A stretch of 64,000 nt of DNA, taken from assembly GCF_009914755.1 (NCBI RefSeq), contig NC_060925.1; one strand, written 5' to 3'. A program made the position numbers and the translations under genes. Of the stretch, positions 50,593 through 64,000 are shown piece by piece; the stretch's first letter is position 1; the number at the start of each line of letters is the position of its first letter. Below the pieces are notes generated by a model. That model was not told where the DNA came from, searched no databases, and was given only the letters and a program-made list of their open reading frames with translations. The stretch comes from the human T2T-CHM13v2.0 reference genome, Homo sapiens.

Positions 50593-51139
50593 CTTCCTGG
50601 TTCTTAACTCCCAAGGCCCTCATGCCCACGTCCATGTCACCTTGATTCTTGTATCATCTGGCCTTGTCTCCCCAACTAAGCCTGGAAGGGTAGGGAATGC
50701 AAGACTTTGCCCATAAGTGTCCTCAGGACCACTAGATTATAGTAAAGGACATGAATACATTGAGAAGAAAAAATTCACTTGAGCGTGGGGGAGAGAATCA
50801 AATTGAGAAGCTGCTTCTATTTCTTATTCCAGACCTTGTCTAGTTGACGTGACTCTCACTGTATTGACTCTTGAATTCTCATTACCACCAGTGAAATGAC
50901 AGCCCCTGGGGTGTTCTCCTTTCCCCAGTTTCTCTGGCTTTATTTCATGGCCTCTTTCCTCTGAATAACTTTGTTTCTCTTTGAGTTATAGCAATAATTA
51001 TTTTGCTTCTCATATATGTATTTTCCCCTTAAATTGTCTTAGGTATTTATTTTCAAGATCTGTAAAGACTATTGTAAGAATAAAAAATTAGGCAGACAGG
51101 CTGACTTGAGTAAAAAAGTTTGCCAGAGGCAAACTAAAA

Positions 51140-51335
51140 ATGCCTCTTCTCTGAGCTTATAATTCCCAATGACATATCTCTATCATAATCAGTCATCTTG
51201 TATTATTATGGTGATCTGTGCCTCTGTTTCTTTCTTCTATTAGTCTGTGAACTTGGCTTTATCTATTTTTATGTTCTGAGTACCTAATATAGTCTCTGGT
51301 GCGTAGTAAAGCCACAATGAATGTGTGTAGAACAT
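51140..51335 (+). mobile_element. L2 3' end
   Basis: ttagtctgtgaa..tacctaatatagtctctggtgcgtagta..caatgaatgt. Confidence 0.6.
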
Positions 51336-52634
51336 TAAAAAAAATTAAGATTTCTTTAAATAACTGTTTGGTAATAAGTGAGAAGACTTTTTTTCCTGTA
51401 ATTTTTCTTCGATTTTTTTTTCTTTAGTAACAGAAAAAATGTTGATCTAGGCAACTCAGGCAACAAAGTGATGTCCTCTTCCCCACCCCACAACCTCCAA
51501 GTGTCCCTTCAATATTACCTCAACTTGTTGTTTGCTTTGTCTGTGGGATTGTGAGCATTTGTCCTTTCTATTTAAGGTTATGTGTGATGATTTTCTTCTA
51601 TGAAAAAAAAAAAGCTTCTCGCAAGAAATGGTTTGCTGAAGCTGGTGAAATGGACTGGTTTTGTTGACAAATAGTCTTGGTCTGAATTGCTGACATTTCT
51701 CAGCCTTTTGCTGGGTTGCACAACATTGTGCAACTTTATGTGGAAATAAATGAGTTTATTAGCAATGAGTTGTGTGTTTGTGGCTGTGTCTGTGTGCAAT
51801 AATAAACATCTTTTGTGGGTACTTACAGCAATAATGACACCGCTCTTTTTTCAGTTCACCATTTACCATAAACTATGCCATTATTCATTTCAGTGGGGGC
51901 ATGTAACCTCAAAGAATGTTATGAGGGTAGCTCGTTGAAACAGAGGAATAGACAGTAGGCTCTGAGTAATCCTCTACTGGCAGGGCGGTGTGATAGCTGA
52001 GCAGATGGCTTTTTCTATGTTGGTGGTCTGTCATACCTCTACTTTAAACCATTCACTTTGAGCACAGCTCTACCACAGTGGGCCTGGGAGTTTTCAGTGA
52101 CTAAAACCAGCGGAATGTTTTCTGGAGTTGGCCCTAGTCTCTTGCAAGGTCAGCCTATGCCTCGGGGATGTGCTTCTTGAGAGATTTGAGCTGCCCTCAC
52201 AGAGCACACAATCTAAGATAACCAAACAAGCTACCAGAGACGCTCAACTCCACAAATAGGAGGAACCCAGAAACAAGCTTGTAACCAAATAGTGTTGGGC
52301 TCAAGGATGGCCCGAATGATTGGGCCATGTGGGATTAGGGTTAGCATGGAAATCCTTGAGGGAGATAGTCCTGAGCTAGTGAATGAAAGGACTAGAAGTT
52401 ATGGTCAACAGAAAAGAGTACACAGAGTGTTCTCCTTGGCCTGGGGAGGGTCATAGAGGAAGTTAAGGAGGAAGGAGGAATGAGTTGTGGGAAATGGAAG
52501 GGAAATGAAACCATGAGATAAGCAGCCCAGCTAAAATTCCCTCAGGGAAAAAAGTATTACAAGCTCTCTGAATCATCAAACAGTTTTAAGTAAGATGGTA
52601 AAAACGAAGCAGAATCCATGCTCAGTGCAGCAGA

Positions 52635-53690
52635 CATTGATTGAGCATCTGCCATAGGCAAGGCACTGGGTTACATGTTGGCTAACGAGGGTGAGTAAGA
52701 AGTGGTCCTTCTGGGAAGGGCCTCGGTCTAGTCAGAGACAACTGTGAATGGATCATTTCAATGCACTGTGATAAGCACTGGGCTAGAGGCACGCACAGGG
52801 CAATATGGAAGCACAGAGCTCAGGGCCCAACATGGCCTTGAGGAGCGCGACAGGTCTAGGGGACTATAGGGAGTTCAGGTGAGACATAAAGGAGGTCTTA
52901 AAATAAAAACTTCAGCAGCATTAAATTTAAAGCAGTTTAATTGAGCAATGAACAATTCGCAAATCTGGCAACCCCCAGAATCACAGCAGATTCAGAGAGA
53001 CTCCAGCACAGCCACGTGGTGGAAGAAGATTTATAGACAGAAAAAGGGAAGTGACATGCAGAAATCAGAAGTGAGGTACAGAAACAACTGGATTGGTTAC
53101 AGCTCAGCGTTTGGCTTATTTGAACACAGTTTGAACACTCTACAGTGTTTGAGTGGTTGACATGGCTGCTGGGATTGGCCAAGACCCAACCACTGTTACA
53201 GGCACACACTCCCAAGTTACGTTCTCAATCTTGTCTACCTATTAAGTTGGTTGCAGTTTGTCCCCAAGGACTCAAATATAGAAATACAGAGTCCTTCTCT
53301 GGCCACATTTAGTTTGCTTTAACAGAAACAACATGATGTTTGCTGAAACTGTTAGTGTGTCTGAACTGGTGGTTCATCGGGTTTGAGTTGAGGTGAGTGA
53401 ACGGCAGGAAATGTGACTGAGAAGACAGTCAGGGGCTGTGTTTTCACCATGGGAGCTTATCCTGTGTGGAATGGGAGCCTGTGAAAAGTCCAAGAAGGGG
53501 ATCAGCATGATGGAATTTTGGAAGAATCCATCTGGTAATAGTGTGAGAAAAGGTAGAGTGAGAGCTGTGGCTGTTATCGGTTGAGTAACTGTTCAAGTTC
53601 GAGGTGCTGAGGATTTGCCTGAGGCAGAGGAGGGGTGGGTCCTGAAAGCATTTTTTGTTTAGATGAGAGAGGAAGGAGGCTAGGTTAACC
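52635..53690 (-). mobile_element. L2 remnant split by the MER57 LTR
   Basis: cattgattgagcatct.cca..caaggcactg..tcaatgcactgtgataag. Continues after 53324. Confidence 0.55.
52896..53324 (-). mobile_element. MER57-family ERV1 solo LTR
   Basis: Reverse complement begins tgttaaagcaaactaaatgtggcc..aaggactc.gtatttctatatttgagtcctt. Contains ggattggcca/gattggtt CCAAT boxes. Confidence 0.8.
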
Positions 53691-55309
53691 ATAAAACCCT
53701 CGGCTTTGATGGCTGAGCGAATGGCACTGCTTCCAACTCACCTGGGGTTTGACAGGATGGGTTTGAGGGGCCTCTGTGCCATCTCTTCTACAGAGGACTG
53801 GATGGGAGTCTACTTCCTTCCACTCACCAGTGGTTTGAATTGTCAGAGGACTGATGGCCTCAGCTCTGGTCCTGGCTCCTTCCTTTCCGGGTAATCCCGC
53901 CACCACAGGTGGGCGTTTCACTTATTACTCCTTTCTCACCTGCCTGTGGTGAAAGCGATGCCTGCCCTAGAGGATGCTGGGAGGAGTAATGCAGAGGTGG
54001 CTGTGAAAGGCCACACAATACTCGGGTCCTGATGAGCAGCATCACTTCTGTGATGGCTGTCATTTTCTCTGTTCAGCCGTTTTCAAGAGTGTTAAGAAAT
54101 AGCGGGGCTCTGTCCCAAGATTCCCCTTTCTTTGTAAAGCCTAAGAAAGCAGATGCTCCGGATAAGCAGAGAAAACTCAGCATTTCTGAGGGTTTGTGGG
54201 TTTGAGTCAACATTATTCTATCACCTTTTAGTGCACTTAATAATTAAGCTTACAGTAGGTAGCAGACAATGGCATCGAGCTGGGTGTGGCTTCAGAGCCA
54301 GCCGAGTCCTTTCTTGAAGCTCTACAAAAGCCTCTATGATATTTCTCCCCACCTTGGAAATTTTTAAATAGTTTAAACATTTAAGCAGATTTTAATGTTT
54401 TTTATTAAAAAAAATGGAAGGAATAAAAAGGCCACAGTAGAATCTTCAGGAAAGACAGTGGTTGCAGTTCTGTACATGTGAAAGTCAAAAAGTGGCTAAG
54501 AAAAAGATGCTCCGCCTGCCACTACTAAAAAGAAAAAACGTTTGCCATAAGCCACCATGACTCAGAGTTCACAGATGGGAAGAAACAGATAAATTAGAGC
54601 AAAGTTCCTGAAAATGTTCTGTGACTGATACTGCTTCCTGTAAGTGACTGGAAAGAGCTAGTGCTGATTTGAGTAGACATTGGTTCTTCTAGAAGAGCCA
54701 GAAGGTTTCACATGGATTTTTTTAATGTTGGAAAAACCAGGCAGGAGAACAAAAAAAGGAGAAAAATTCTTTCCCCCCTTCTTTTAATATCGTTTTCAGT
54801 AGCACAATGCATTTAAAGTAAGGCACAGTTTCCTCAGAGTAATATGGCCTCAGGACATGATTTAGATGGAAAATTTAAGTAAGATTAATGCAATTTATTA
54901 TCCAACAGGATATCCCTACAAGCCACACTATTTGGCTGAATTTTAGATTCCCAATCTAATATTTCAGATGAGATTTCCAGATGGGTGTCTTATTCCTCTA
55001 TTAGTTTAGTCAGGGTGATATAGAGTTTGTAAAACAGGAGAGGTTAAACTAGTTTTAACACTTGATTAATCATTGAAATTACTTTGTTACTGTTTGAATT
55101 CACTGACTTTTGTTTATTAAGTAACTCCCTAAGACCCAAAGCCAACACAAACTAGAGGCACCTTTCCAGCTTTGCTAATTTATTTGATGACTTCTTCAAA
55201 GGAAATTTTTTAAAAAGTAGTAAATTTATGGTTACATTGAAAGGCTGCTCAATGCTTGCCCTTTGCCTTGCTAAAAAGTAAAGTGTGGGTTTATAAGACT
55301 GGGGGAAAA

Positions 55310-55353
55310 TGTACACACACACACGTGTACACGCACACACACACACACACACA
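55310..55353. repeat. Imperfect (CA)n
   Basis: Directly visible. Confidence 0.9.
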
Positions 55354-57029
55354 CCCCATATTCCAATTTCCTGGAACATTACGGGGCAGATAAATCTTTA
55401 AAACAAATTGGATAAATAATTATCAGAACCTTTGCCACTTCTATCAAGAAACAGACAGATAATATAGAAACCGTCTGAGGTGACAAACCACACATATATT
55501 CTGCCATTTTATAATCTGCTAGCAGGTCTATTAAGGGAGGTAGATTCTAGTGCACCTGGCAAGGCTGCTTTGAATGATGGGATGAGCTGAGTGAAAGGGC
55601 CATAGACAGCAAGACTCAGTGCTTAGCGTGGAGTGAAGGGGGAGGAGGGCTGATTCCAATATGGGACAAAGCTCCAAACCAGAAATTTTTTTTGGGATAT
55701 GAAAATTTCCTGAAGTCTGGGTTTGTTAAATTGATTACAATCTCTTTTCAGAGACCTATCAGGAGCAAACTAGTGAGTTGCAGACATAAATTTGAATTCC
55801 AGAGTCTCCTACTAACCCAACTCATAAATGAATTCCTAAATGCTGACTGAGCCAGAAGACCCAGCATTGGAAAACCACTTGGCAGGAATCATTAGTTTCA
55901 AAATGAGATGAACTGCTCTATTTAGCCCTCATTCAAAACTTTACAGAAATGCCAGATTTCCATAAACACAGGTTTCCTTGAATTTCCAGGGCTCTGATTA
56001 ACTGGTGGATGAGGGTGCCTCACAAATACAGATTTGTATGCAATATTCAGCTTGGAGGAGATTGGAGGTTGGAAACCAACACAAAGTATTCCTTCTCCTT
56101 TCTAATGTTAACTCTTCCTTGTTTTTCAGAAGACTTTTTTTGTTGTTGTTATAAGGAGTTTGGACAATTAAGAATTAGTCTATGGTTTAAAGACATAGTT
56201 ATAGATCATATTCTTGTCATTTATGTCATCATCTGTTAAGCTTTTTATGACTGATTGACAACCCACTGCTTTATAGTGTGGCTTTATTGCCCCAAAGGAA
56301 TGAGAGAATTGAAAAATACACTTCTGTCTCTGCTGAAAAAGTCATAAAGTTGTGGCTTCTGCTAAGTAAAGAGATTGCTTGCAAAGAGATATTTTCTTTT
56401 TTAAATGTGTTTTCATTTTTTTTCTTTCTGCCATTTTTCTTCATTGATACTGGCACATTAGATAGAGTACCTAACATTGGCACAACATAGATCTATAGAG
56501 TTAAAACTTTTGGTGGTTGCATATTTTCGGCTTCCATGTTCAAGTCAATAAAGCAAAATAAATTTGAAGGGTAAATAGCCAATTTCTGTATTCTGAAAAG
56601 CTATTTCCTTCCAAGGGAGTGAGTTTGGAGCCGGACTGACTTGAGTTATCACATGGATTCCATTGCCTCTGTGGGCTTTTCCTGTATTTTGTTCGATGCC
56701 TGTCATTTGTCCATGGGGATTTTAAACACAAGAGATCATGCAAGAGGAAAATACTAGTTCAGTTAGTTAAAATGCTGAACAAAGTTGAATCGTTTGTTTT
56801 TTGTGGAAGGACTAAAATGTATTCAAACAACAGGTACATTAGTTCTAGGTTGAAGCTTAACTTACAACAGAAATAAGCCCCACAGTTATCAACATGTTTG
56901 ATACCAGTTTTAACCTGTTTCTGGGTGGTAGAAATTCATACGCTTGACACAATGCATTGAATCTTACAGGAGGGTCTCCAAAATTTGAGCTTCCAGTTAT
57001 AGAAGGAAGTGGTATAAAAGTCATCTTTA

Positions 57030-57355
<326 letters not shown>

Positions 57356-58025
57356 GTCCCATCTTTAGACAGGGCAAGATATAGGTTTTTCTTTAGGCCA
57401 CAGGATAGCATGAGCATTCCTGAAGTCAGAAAGCTATAGATTTAGCCCCAGAATGACGGAGCAGCAATTTTTGTAGCCATTTATTCAAGCAGGACAGTTT
57501 CAAGACATTCATTCTAGATTTGTCATGACAGTAATTCCACTTACGCAGTGTTTGACCAAGGCTTTGTCTGTAGTTCCTGGTAAGCAACTTAGAACTAGAT
57601 CTGCCTCCTCCCCCTCCTCCTCTCTTCTTCATCATCATTATCATCATAATCATCATTACAATCATTTCAGTCCTTAGTGATTAACTTAGAGATTAACCAA
57701 GGCAAAAAATAATTTAGGCTACTTAGCGATTTTCTTCCTCCCTTCCTTCTCTTTTATTCCTCTTTTCTTTCTCTTTCTCCTTCTTCTTCTTCTTATTCCC
57801 CTTTTGTGAGTCAGTTCTGTGAGATTTATTCCAAGAGCCAAAAACCAAGGTAAGATTTCAGAAATAGGCCTTCTAGAAGCCCACACAAATGTGTACATGT
57901 GAGGAGCTTGGCTCCAGTGGGATAAGCAGATGCAAATCCAATTGGTAAGCTGTCTTGGATCTGGCTATCTTATGAAATTTCTGGTATTAGTTATTTGAGA
58001 CTCCTATCACCTTGCAAAAATCCTG

Positions 58026-58103
58026 AGAAATCCCATTCCTCAGTTGGACAGAATGAGGTGCCTTAGAAATCCCATTCCTTGTTTGGACAGAAAGAGGTGC
58101 CCT
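58026..58103. repeat. 39-bp tandem duplication
   Basis: agaaatcccattcctcagttggacagaatgaggtgcctt / agaaatcccattccttgtttggacagaaagaggtgccct. Confidence 0.92.
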
Positions 58104-58889
58104 AGGTGTCAATTACTATCTTGACAAATCTGGAATGAAAGTCTTGAAACTATCCTCCTTGAAAAAATGACTACAAAAATGGCTGCTTAGCCATTCTTGG
58201 GCTAAATCCACATCTTTCTGACTTCAGGAATGCCCATGCTCTCCTGTGCCCTAAATGAAAACCCATATCTTGCCCTTCTAAAGATGATCTCTATGTCACT
58301 CCCTTCTATAACTGGAAGCTGAAAGTTTGGAGAACCTCCTGTAAGAATTGAATTCATTTAGTTAAGCATATGAGTTTCTACTATTCAGAAATAGGTTAAA
58401 ACTGAAATTAGTAGAAAAAACTGGAGATTTTGTGTAAGGACAGAAAAAATATAGATGATACTGGGTGAAAAAGGGACAAGAAGTGAAAATGATAAGAAGA
58501 CAGCAGAATCCACTCAATGGTAAGTCTGAATTTCCCACTTCACGCTATGGGCAAGATTCATTTGTATTACAGGAACAGGAGCAGGAGGCTTTGACAACTG
58601 AGATCTTCGATCATGAGTGTTGTGAATGCAGACGGGGTGAGTTTCTATATGAATGCACTTTCCTGTGACTTGATAATTATTCTGTGGAGTCTAGCATGCC
58701 TCAGATGTTCAAACCTCTTCCCTCCCTTGGAGTGTGGCATCAGATGCTGCCTGCCAGCAACTTGCAGATGACAATCTGCCCCTTGTCTTTTCCTGGGATC
58801 TTGCAAGAAGGAACTACTTCCCTACACTGTGGGTCAAGCATAGTAGTTCTTTACCATCACCTGTTCGTTAAATATTTTTTTTGCTTCTA

Positions 58890-59170
58890 GGTTTTGTACT
58901 CCAGGCACTGTGCTAGGCACCAGGACTGTAATACAACTTGTGATCTGTAGAGGAGTCAGACAATTATCCAGGCATCCCAAAGAAATGTCAATTGCAAGTA
59001 AGCAAATTCTATGAAAGCAAAATACACAGCACACAACACTTCACCATGGATTTAACCTGGTCAGGAAGGTCTGGAATATGATGACAGAGCTGTCTGAAGT
59101 TTGGGTAGGAATTAACTAGTTGAAGAGGGGAATTAGGAGGTTCTGGTTAGAGACCTGGGTTGTACAAAAG
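58890..59170 (-). mobile_element. L2 remnant
   Basis: ccaggcactgtgctaggcac..gtcaggaaggt..taggaattaactag. Confidence 0.55.
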
Positions 59171-60879
59171 CACGTGTGTTCTCTCAGCCAAAACCATACT
59201 GGGATTTCTGTGGAGGTATAGAGGGAGTGGGGAGAGTGTCCCTTTCATGGCTTCTGGACTGAAATCTATCACTCAGGTCTTGGAAACTCTTTGGTCACCT
59301 GTGCTCCAAGTCTCACATGGCCTCTCAGGTAAAGATTGCTTTACCCTCTTTATCTAATCTTTCAATACATTTCTCATTCTCCCTGCCCCTGCCCCCAATC
59401 AGTGTAAGGCGGGGCAGGGTAGAAACATAAAGAGCCAGCAAACATGTCTTTGTCTTTTTTCTTTCATGTCCCAAGGGAATAAATCTCTTTCTTCCTCCAG
59501 ACAAACACCACCCAACACGCCTCATGTATATCATTTTAAGCTACAGAAATATGGAATCTTCAGTGAAGTTTACCTTTGGGGCCACTCCCACCTTAACCTG
59601 GTATGGCCACTTTAAGAAGTCATCACTTCCCCATTATAGAACCTACCAGGCTTGACTTTTTTGTTCTTATTCCTTCACTTTTAGATTTGATCTGTTCTAT
59701 TGTTTGTTTCCTAGTAGCTTCAGTTCCTCTAAAATTCTGACTCCCTGCCCCAGAACCCACTCATGTAGCCTTGAGTAACATTCTCTTCTCTTTGATCCAT
59801 AGGCCTGGATCCCTTTTTCCCTGGAGGCTGTTCTGAAGATGGCACCCTACCTGCTCACCTTTTAGTGTACCTGGGCACCCATGCCTCCATATGGTGACCC
59901 TCAAATCATACTGTATGAAGAGCAGCTGTTTTGTCAACTATTTTTTAATGAGATTTTTTTTGCTTTGGTTTAAAAAATAGCATATATTTGCGTTAGAAAA
60001 TTAGAAATACAGAAGAAACAGAAATATAAAAGAATTACCTATAACATGCAAAAATGACTAGTACAAATGTTTTTGTTTTTTTACAGTATGTGAACATATT
60101 GTATGTTTATATTAATATCCATAGTATTTATTTTTGCCTACATGTTTTACTTAACATATGTAGTAAGCATTTCCCATGTTAGTCAAATTATTTGTGGACA
60201 TTATTTTTAATGACTATTAATGTTATTACTCTACAGCTTGCCGAATAAGTCTCCTATTATATGTCATTTTGGGTCCTAGCAACATTTTTGTGTTTAAATC
60301 CTTGTAGCAGTTTTGACTGATTTCCTTAAGATAGAGTCCAAGAAGAGAAATAATTTGCTTGTTTGTTTATCATTTGGTACTTTCTTTTATGGTAATGTCC
60401 TTGGGGCTGATAATTCAGAACCATGAATAGATATGATTCTTGTCTTTGAGGAGATTGTAGCCTTGTGCTAGGTTAAAGAATAGGCACATTTTAAAGTTCT
60501 CGATACACATTTTCAAAGTGCTTTTCAAAAATTTGTATCAATTCATCCTTCTACTATAAGGGAAAATCTGTTCTGGGTTGTTTTTCTGGTATATCTTCCT
60601 ATTAAGAACTTGTTCTCCCTCCTGCTTTGTGACTCACATGGAGTTGCCACTGCATGCTATCATCTCCATCCCTTAGAGCAACCTATTAGAGAACTTACTC
60701 TCTGGAGTCCCAAAAGAGAAACAACAGCAACAACTCAGCAATTCATCTGGAGTCAGCGTGTTACCCAGTCTGGGCCATTGGAGATTTTTTTAAAGGGAAG
60801 TTTCTCCTATTTTCTTCAAAATTCTGAGCTGTGAAGAGGACCACTAGAAAGTTCAATCTATTTATGATTTTTTAAAAAA

Positions 60880-60998
60880 CTGTTATTATATATATTTAAG
60901 TGTATGTCATGTTTCCACACATATATACATAGTGAAATGATCACTGTAATCAAGCTAATTAGAATATCCCCCATCTCGCATAGTCACCTTTGTGTGTG
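60880..60998 (-). mobile_element. L1MA-like 3' terminus
   Basis: tatatatatttaagtgta..tatacatagtgaaatgatcact..atcaagctaatta..catagtcacc. Confidence 0.7.
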
Positions 60999-61529
60999 AA
61001 AAGGGTTCAGTGCTTCCCTCTCCACTCTTCATCTCCCCTTTAAAAAAGCAGAGATGAATGGAGAGGGAAAGGTTGAACAATGGTTATGTGGTGGGACTGC
61101 TGGGATTCACCTGAGAGTTAAAACCAGCTAGTTCTACCCGTATGTTTTTCACTTAGATAAGCCAACAAATTAATTTCTTTTCCTCTATTCTTCTTGTCTT
61201 CTTTCCTGCCTCTTTACCTGTCTCCCTTCCTTCCTCTCTTCCCACTCTCTTTCTTTCCTTATTTAAATTGGTTTGAATTGAGTTTCTGACACTAATGGAG
61301 AGTCCTTATTGTGCCTTCACGTTATTTTTATCAAACCAGAAAATGTTAATGACATAAAACAATTACTGTTTGGACAAGGAAAATTGTATTTCTTTCCTTG
61401 AAATTTCTACACACATACACATTTGTGCTTGTTAGTGAGGCTAAGCATTTTCCCCCTTATTTGTGAATTATATATTCAATGTTTTGATCCATTTATCAAA
61501 TAAATTCCTTAGTTTAAAAAATATTTGCA

Positions 61530-62067
61530 GGTGCGGTTATTATGGAAAGCAGCATGAAGTTTCCTCTAAATATTAAAAATAGAATCACCACATGACTCAG
61601 CAATCCCTCCTCTCTATATATTTTTAAAGGAAATGAAATCAGCACTTCATGGAACTATCTCCACTCCCGGCTGGGCGCAGTGGCTCACGCCTGTAATCCC
61701 AGCACTTTGGAAGGCCAAGGCAGGTGGATCACGAGGTCAAGAGATGGAGACCATCCTGGCCGACATGGTGAAACCCTGCCTCTACTAAAAATACAAAAAT
61801 TAGCTGGGCGGGGAGGCACATGCCTGTAATCCCAGCCACTCGGGAGGCTGAGACAGGAGAATCGCTTCAACCTGGGAGGCGGAGGTTGCAGTGGCTGAGA
61901 TCGCACCACTGCAGTCCAACCTGGTGACAGAGGGAGACTCCATCAAAAAAAAAAAAAAGAAAAAAAGAAATATCTCCACTCTTATAGTCATTGAAGCATA
62001 ATTAACAATAACCAAGCTATGAAATCAATGTAAGTGTCCATCAATGGATGAGTGGATAAAGAAAATG

Positions 62068-62106
<39 letters not shown>

Positions 62107-62580
62107 GGAATTTCATGTAGCCTTAAAAAAGAAGACGATTTTGTTATTTATAACATGCCTGAATGTGGAGGACATTAGGTTAAGTGAAATAAGCCAGAAA
62201 GAAAAATACTGCATGATCTTACTTATATGTGGAATCTAAAAACGTCAAGTACAAAAAAGCAAAAAGTAGAATAGTGGTTGCTGGGATCTGGGGCTGAGAT
62301 TATGATGGGCAAATGGGAAGAAATTGAGTGCAGAGTTTTGATTAGGATCAATAAGTCTAGAGAGCAAATGTACAGCATGAAGACTATAGTTACTACTGGG
62401 TTGTATACTGGAAATTTGCTAAGAAAGTAGGTTGTAGGTCCTCTTACCATACACACATATACAGGTAACTATGCGAGATGATGGATATTCTAATTAGATT
62501 GACTGTAGTAATCATTTCACTATGTATGTGTATGAAAACATGACATACACCTTAAATATATATAATAACATTAAAAAAAC
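61530..62580 (+). mobile_element. L1MA/MB-like 3' end, interrupted by an Alu and (CA)n (62070-62104)
   Basis: tatggaaagcagcatg..aaaatagaatcacca.atgac.cagcaatccc..ggaggacatta..aagtgaaataagccag..tatactggaaatttgctaag. Confidence 0.85.
61669..61970 (+). mobile_element. AluSc
   Basis: gaggtcaagagat.gagaccatcctggcc and cctggtgacag diagnostics. TSD tatctccactc (61656-61666, 61971-61981). Confidence 0.9.
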
Positions 62581-63469
62581 CCAAAATCTTGAAAAGATTA
62601 TTAAGCTTTCCAATGCCCAAGAAAAGGAAGAAAAGAAAAAGAAACTGCCACAGCTTATTTTAAAAATAAAAGTGGGCTCTCTTTTTAAAATATTAATTTT
62701 ATAGTACCTTATCTGGTAACCAAAATATTTTTAAATATTCTGATGCTATTATAGTATAATCATTCTTTAATAATTTTGTAGATTTCACTTTACTGAACAA
62801 AGCCCTAAACAAAAACATTGAATATGACAAAAACTTGCATAAGTTTATTTCATACTGAAGACATATATGCTATAGATTTGTAGAAATACTTCCCACTTGG
62901 TTACTTGCTTATGTTATGAGTTTTTACCTACAGAAACTTGCTTTTTTTCTTGTAAAATTTAGATTAATTTCTTTGGTATGTTTTCCTACTGCTTTAAAAC
63001 TTCAGAATTCCTTTTTTCATAGAACTTTTCTATTTTCACTTAGAAACATTCAGAACTTATGTTAGTGTGTGATTTGAGGTGGTTTTTGTGTTGACTTTGT
63101 TTCCTACCTTGTTAGCTATTTTTTCTATGCCATTGTGGAATAATTTGTTAATTTTCAGTGGATTCATAATGCCTTTAAAAAATAAGGTTGTGTTCTCAGA
63201 GGTGATAAATTTTATTTATTTATGATGCTCCATCTATGTTAAGGCTATTTGTAAGTCTATGTGTATGGTAGGATTTTAGTTCTACACTGCATCTTACACA
63301 GGTTAGTAAAATATAGCACATTTATTAATTATTTAGAGTATAGGATTACGTATTGATAAGTACAAGCTATTGAGCCTTCCCATGTCCTAGGCACTTTGCT
63401 GAATTTTAATCCTTATCACAACACAACTCAATGGGATAGATACTGTTGTCATCTTTTGTAGACATGGGT

Positions 63470-63641
63470 TTATTATAGCTATTTTAAAATGAGTTAGCAA
63501 ATTCAAATTTCAAAAATTCTATTTTTATTTCTAATATGGTAAATATTGATAAATAAAATTTATATAAACAAATATTTTGATGTACTCAGTAACCCATAAG
63601 GGTATATAAGAGCCCTGAAATGAAAAAGTTTGAGAACTGCT
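63470..63641. mobile_element. hAT-Charlie DNA transposon remnant
   Basis: atttctaatatggtaaatattgata..aaaaagtttgagaactgct terminal motif. Confidence 0.55.
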
Positions 63642-63679
63642 TATAAGCCCTATATAATTATTAGGTATTAATATCATTA

Positions 63680-64000
63680 TTAATTTTTGAATCTATATTC
63701 AAATATAGTTATCATAAAATGAACTTCATATATGTAAGTGTATACTTTGATGTGTTTTGACATATGTATATTATAATGAAGCCATCATCATAATTAAGAT
63801 AATAAACATATCCATCACTCTCAGAGTTTCCTAATGCCTCTTTGTTATTCATCTCTCTCTCTCCAGGGTCCCCAAATTGAGGTAACCACTGATCTTCTTT
63901 CCATCAATATAGAGTAGATGGCACTTTCTAGAATTTGATATAAATGGAATCTACACTCTGTTGTGACTATATTTATTCAACTCAGCATAATTTTGGGAAT
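63680..64000 (-). mobile_element. Old L1 (L1MD/ME-like) 3' end, runs off the window
   Basis: aacatatccatcactc.cagagtttcc..ggtaaccactgatct..ttctagaattt.atataaatggaat..tcagcataatttt. Confidence 0.7.

Noticed and set aside
53895-53920. CTCF-like motif ccaccacaggtgggcg
   Set aside because: It mismatches core positions in either register, so it is too weak without ChIP data.
58026-58103. CRISPR-like repeats
   Set aside because: Two adjacent units with no spacers, in eukaryotic DNA with no cas genes.

Overview
Primate (human-like) genomic DNA: AT-rich, CpG-depleted and about half interspersed repeats. I recognise no intact protein-coding gene, tRNA/rRNA gene or CpG island. The window opens with a full-length (~6.4 kb) but dead L1PA7-like LINE-1 at 958-7381. 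It also holds about 14 Alus (many with readable target-site duplications, TSDs), solo LTRs (MER41-, MLT2-, MER57- and MLT1-like), hAT DNA-transposon remnants (MER1B-, MER63-like), older L1/L2/MIR fragments and microsatellites. The most interesting signals are structures that ordinary repeat annotation would not explain: (1) a ~300-bp-arm, ~85%-identical inverted repeat of apparently non-repeat DNA (56905-58404) with an Alu inserted in one arm; (2) a tandem pair of 21-nt microexon-like units on the minus strand, with strong donors and an upstream UGC (19242-19262, 19520-19540), possibly part of a decayed multi-exon gene; (3) a 44-bp-arm hairpin with a template-switch scar (22854-22987); (4) a ~780-bp, ~97%-identical local duplication (38713-39495 / 44410-45193); (5) an internal L1 fragment captured in an Alu tail, next to two Alus that look gene-converted; (6) an open ORF0-like antisense ORF in the L1 5'UTR. 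Repeat subfamily calls come from remembered consensus sequences and identities from hand alignment. Confirm them with RepeatMasker/Dfam and BLAT.
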